From the NCBI GenBank assembly GCA_951406725.2, contig OX597819.1, forward strand, positions 41,044,001-41,108,000: a DNA stretch of 64,000 nt, read 5' to 3'. The position numbers and the translations under genes were made by a program. Below the pieces are notes generated by a model, which was not told the DNA's origin, ran no database searches, and saw nothing but the letters and a program-made list of their open reading frames with translations. This DNA is from Octopus vulgaris (Eukaryota). Of the stretch, positions 63,508 through 64,000 are shown in pieces (position 1 is the stretch's first letter; every line of letters begins with the position of its first letter).

Positions 63508-63775
63508 GAAGGCGCATGACTTAGTGATTAGAGGTATTCGGCTTACGATCGCGCGTTGTGTTCTTGAGCGAGGTACGTTCTTTCACGTTGTTCCAATCCA
63601 CTCAGCTGGGAAAAATGAGTAGTATCTGAAATTCTAAGGTCCGGCCTTGTCACATTCTGTGTCACGCTGAATCTTCCCCTAGAACTACGTCAGAGGTGTG
63701 CGTGTCAAACTTCATGAGCAGGCTGTTCTGTTGGTTGGATGTCCTGGAACCCTCGTCGTCGCAATCGAGTGAGTG
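63508..63775 (+). mobile_element. SINE family C, diverged
   Basis: Colinear with 53027-53350, with deletions. Confidence 0.8.
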
Positions 63776-64000
63776 ACACCCATACAATTTGTCTATTTAA
63801 CGTACGTTAGTATATACTCTCCCGGCACTTATACGCTTGCTTAACTTACTCTTGATTTGTTACTCAAATATCAGATCGTCACGTGAATGGGATCTCACTT
63901 ATTTGCGTGCGTAGACAGTTTGTGATTCGTTGATCAAATTTCAGCTCGTTATACGAATTTAATTTTCTTCAGAAATCCGTTCGACATTCGATTTATTCGT

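Overview
Repeat-saturated, AT-rich eukaryotic intergenic or intronic DNA. The SINE and microsatellite make-up suggests a coleoid cephalopod such as Octopus (inferred, not proven). I see no convincing host protein-coding exon, and almost all ORFs in the supplied track are microsatellite translations. Supported content: (1) A young CR1-clade LINE at 1-2700 (-). Its 768-codon ORF2 (APE endonuclease + RT) is uninterrupted in the window and is linked to ORF1 by a G_GGA_AAC slippery heptamer in the -1 frame, with a perfect 15-bp hairpin downstream. (2) Degenerate mariner and pogo transposons, several MITEs and foldbacks, and at least four tRNA-headed SINE families. (3) A deleted Tx1/L1-like LINE at 11.8-13.9 kb. 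(4) Two ORF1-only Tx1-related elements stacked at one 15-bp target (50.0-52.7 kb); their 3' tail is shared with the commonest SINE. (5) The highlight: a 2.3-kb array of near-identical 536-bp units at 45018-47322, inserted in (TA)n with an internal inversion. Each full unit carries a canonical type I hammerhead ribozyme, which is a Penelope-type/retrozyme architecture predicted to release ~536-nt, possibly circular, RNAs. A second, unrelated hammerhead lies ~170 bp downstream, and minimal variant hammerheads occur in dispersed ~200-bp (TA)n-embedded elements.
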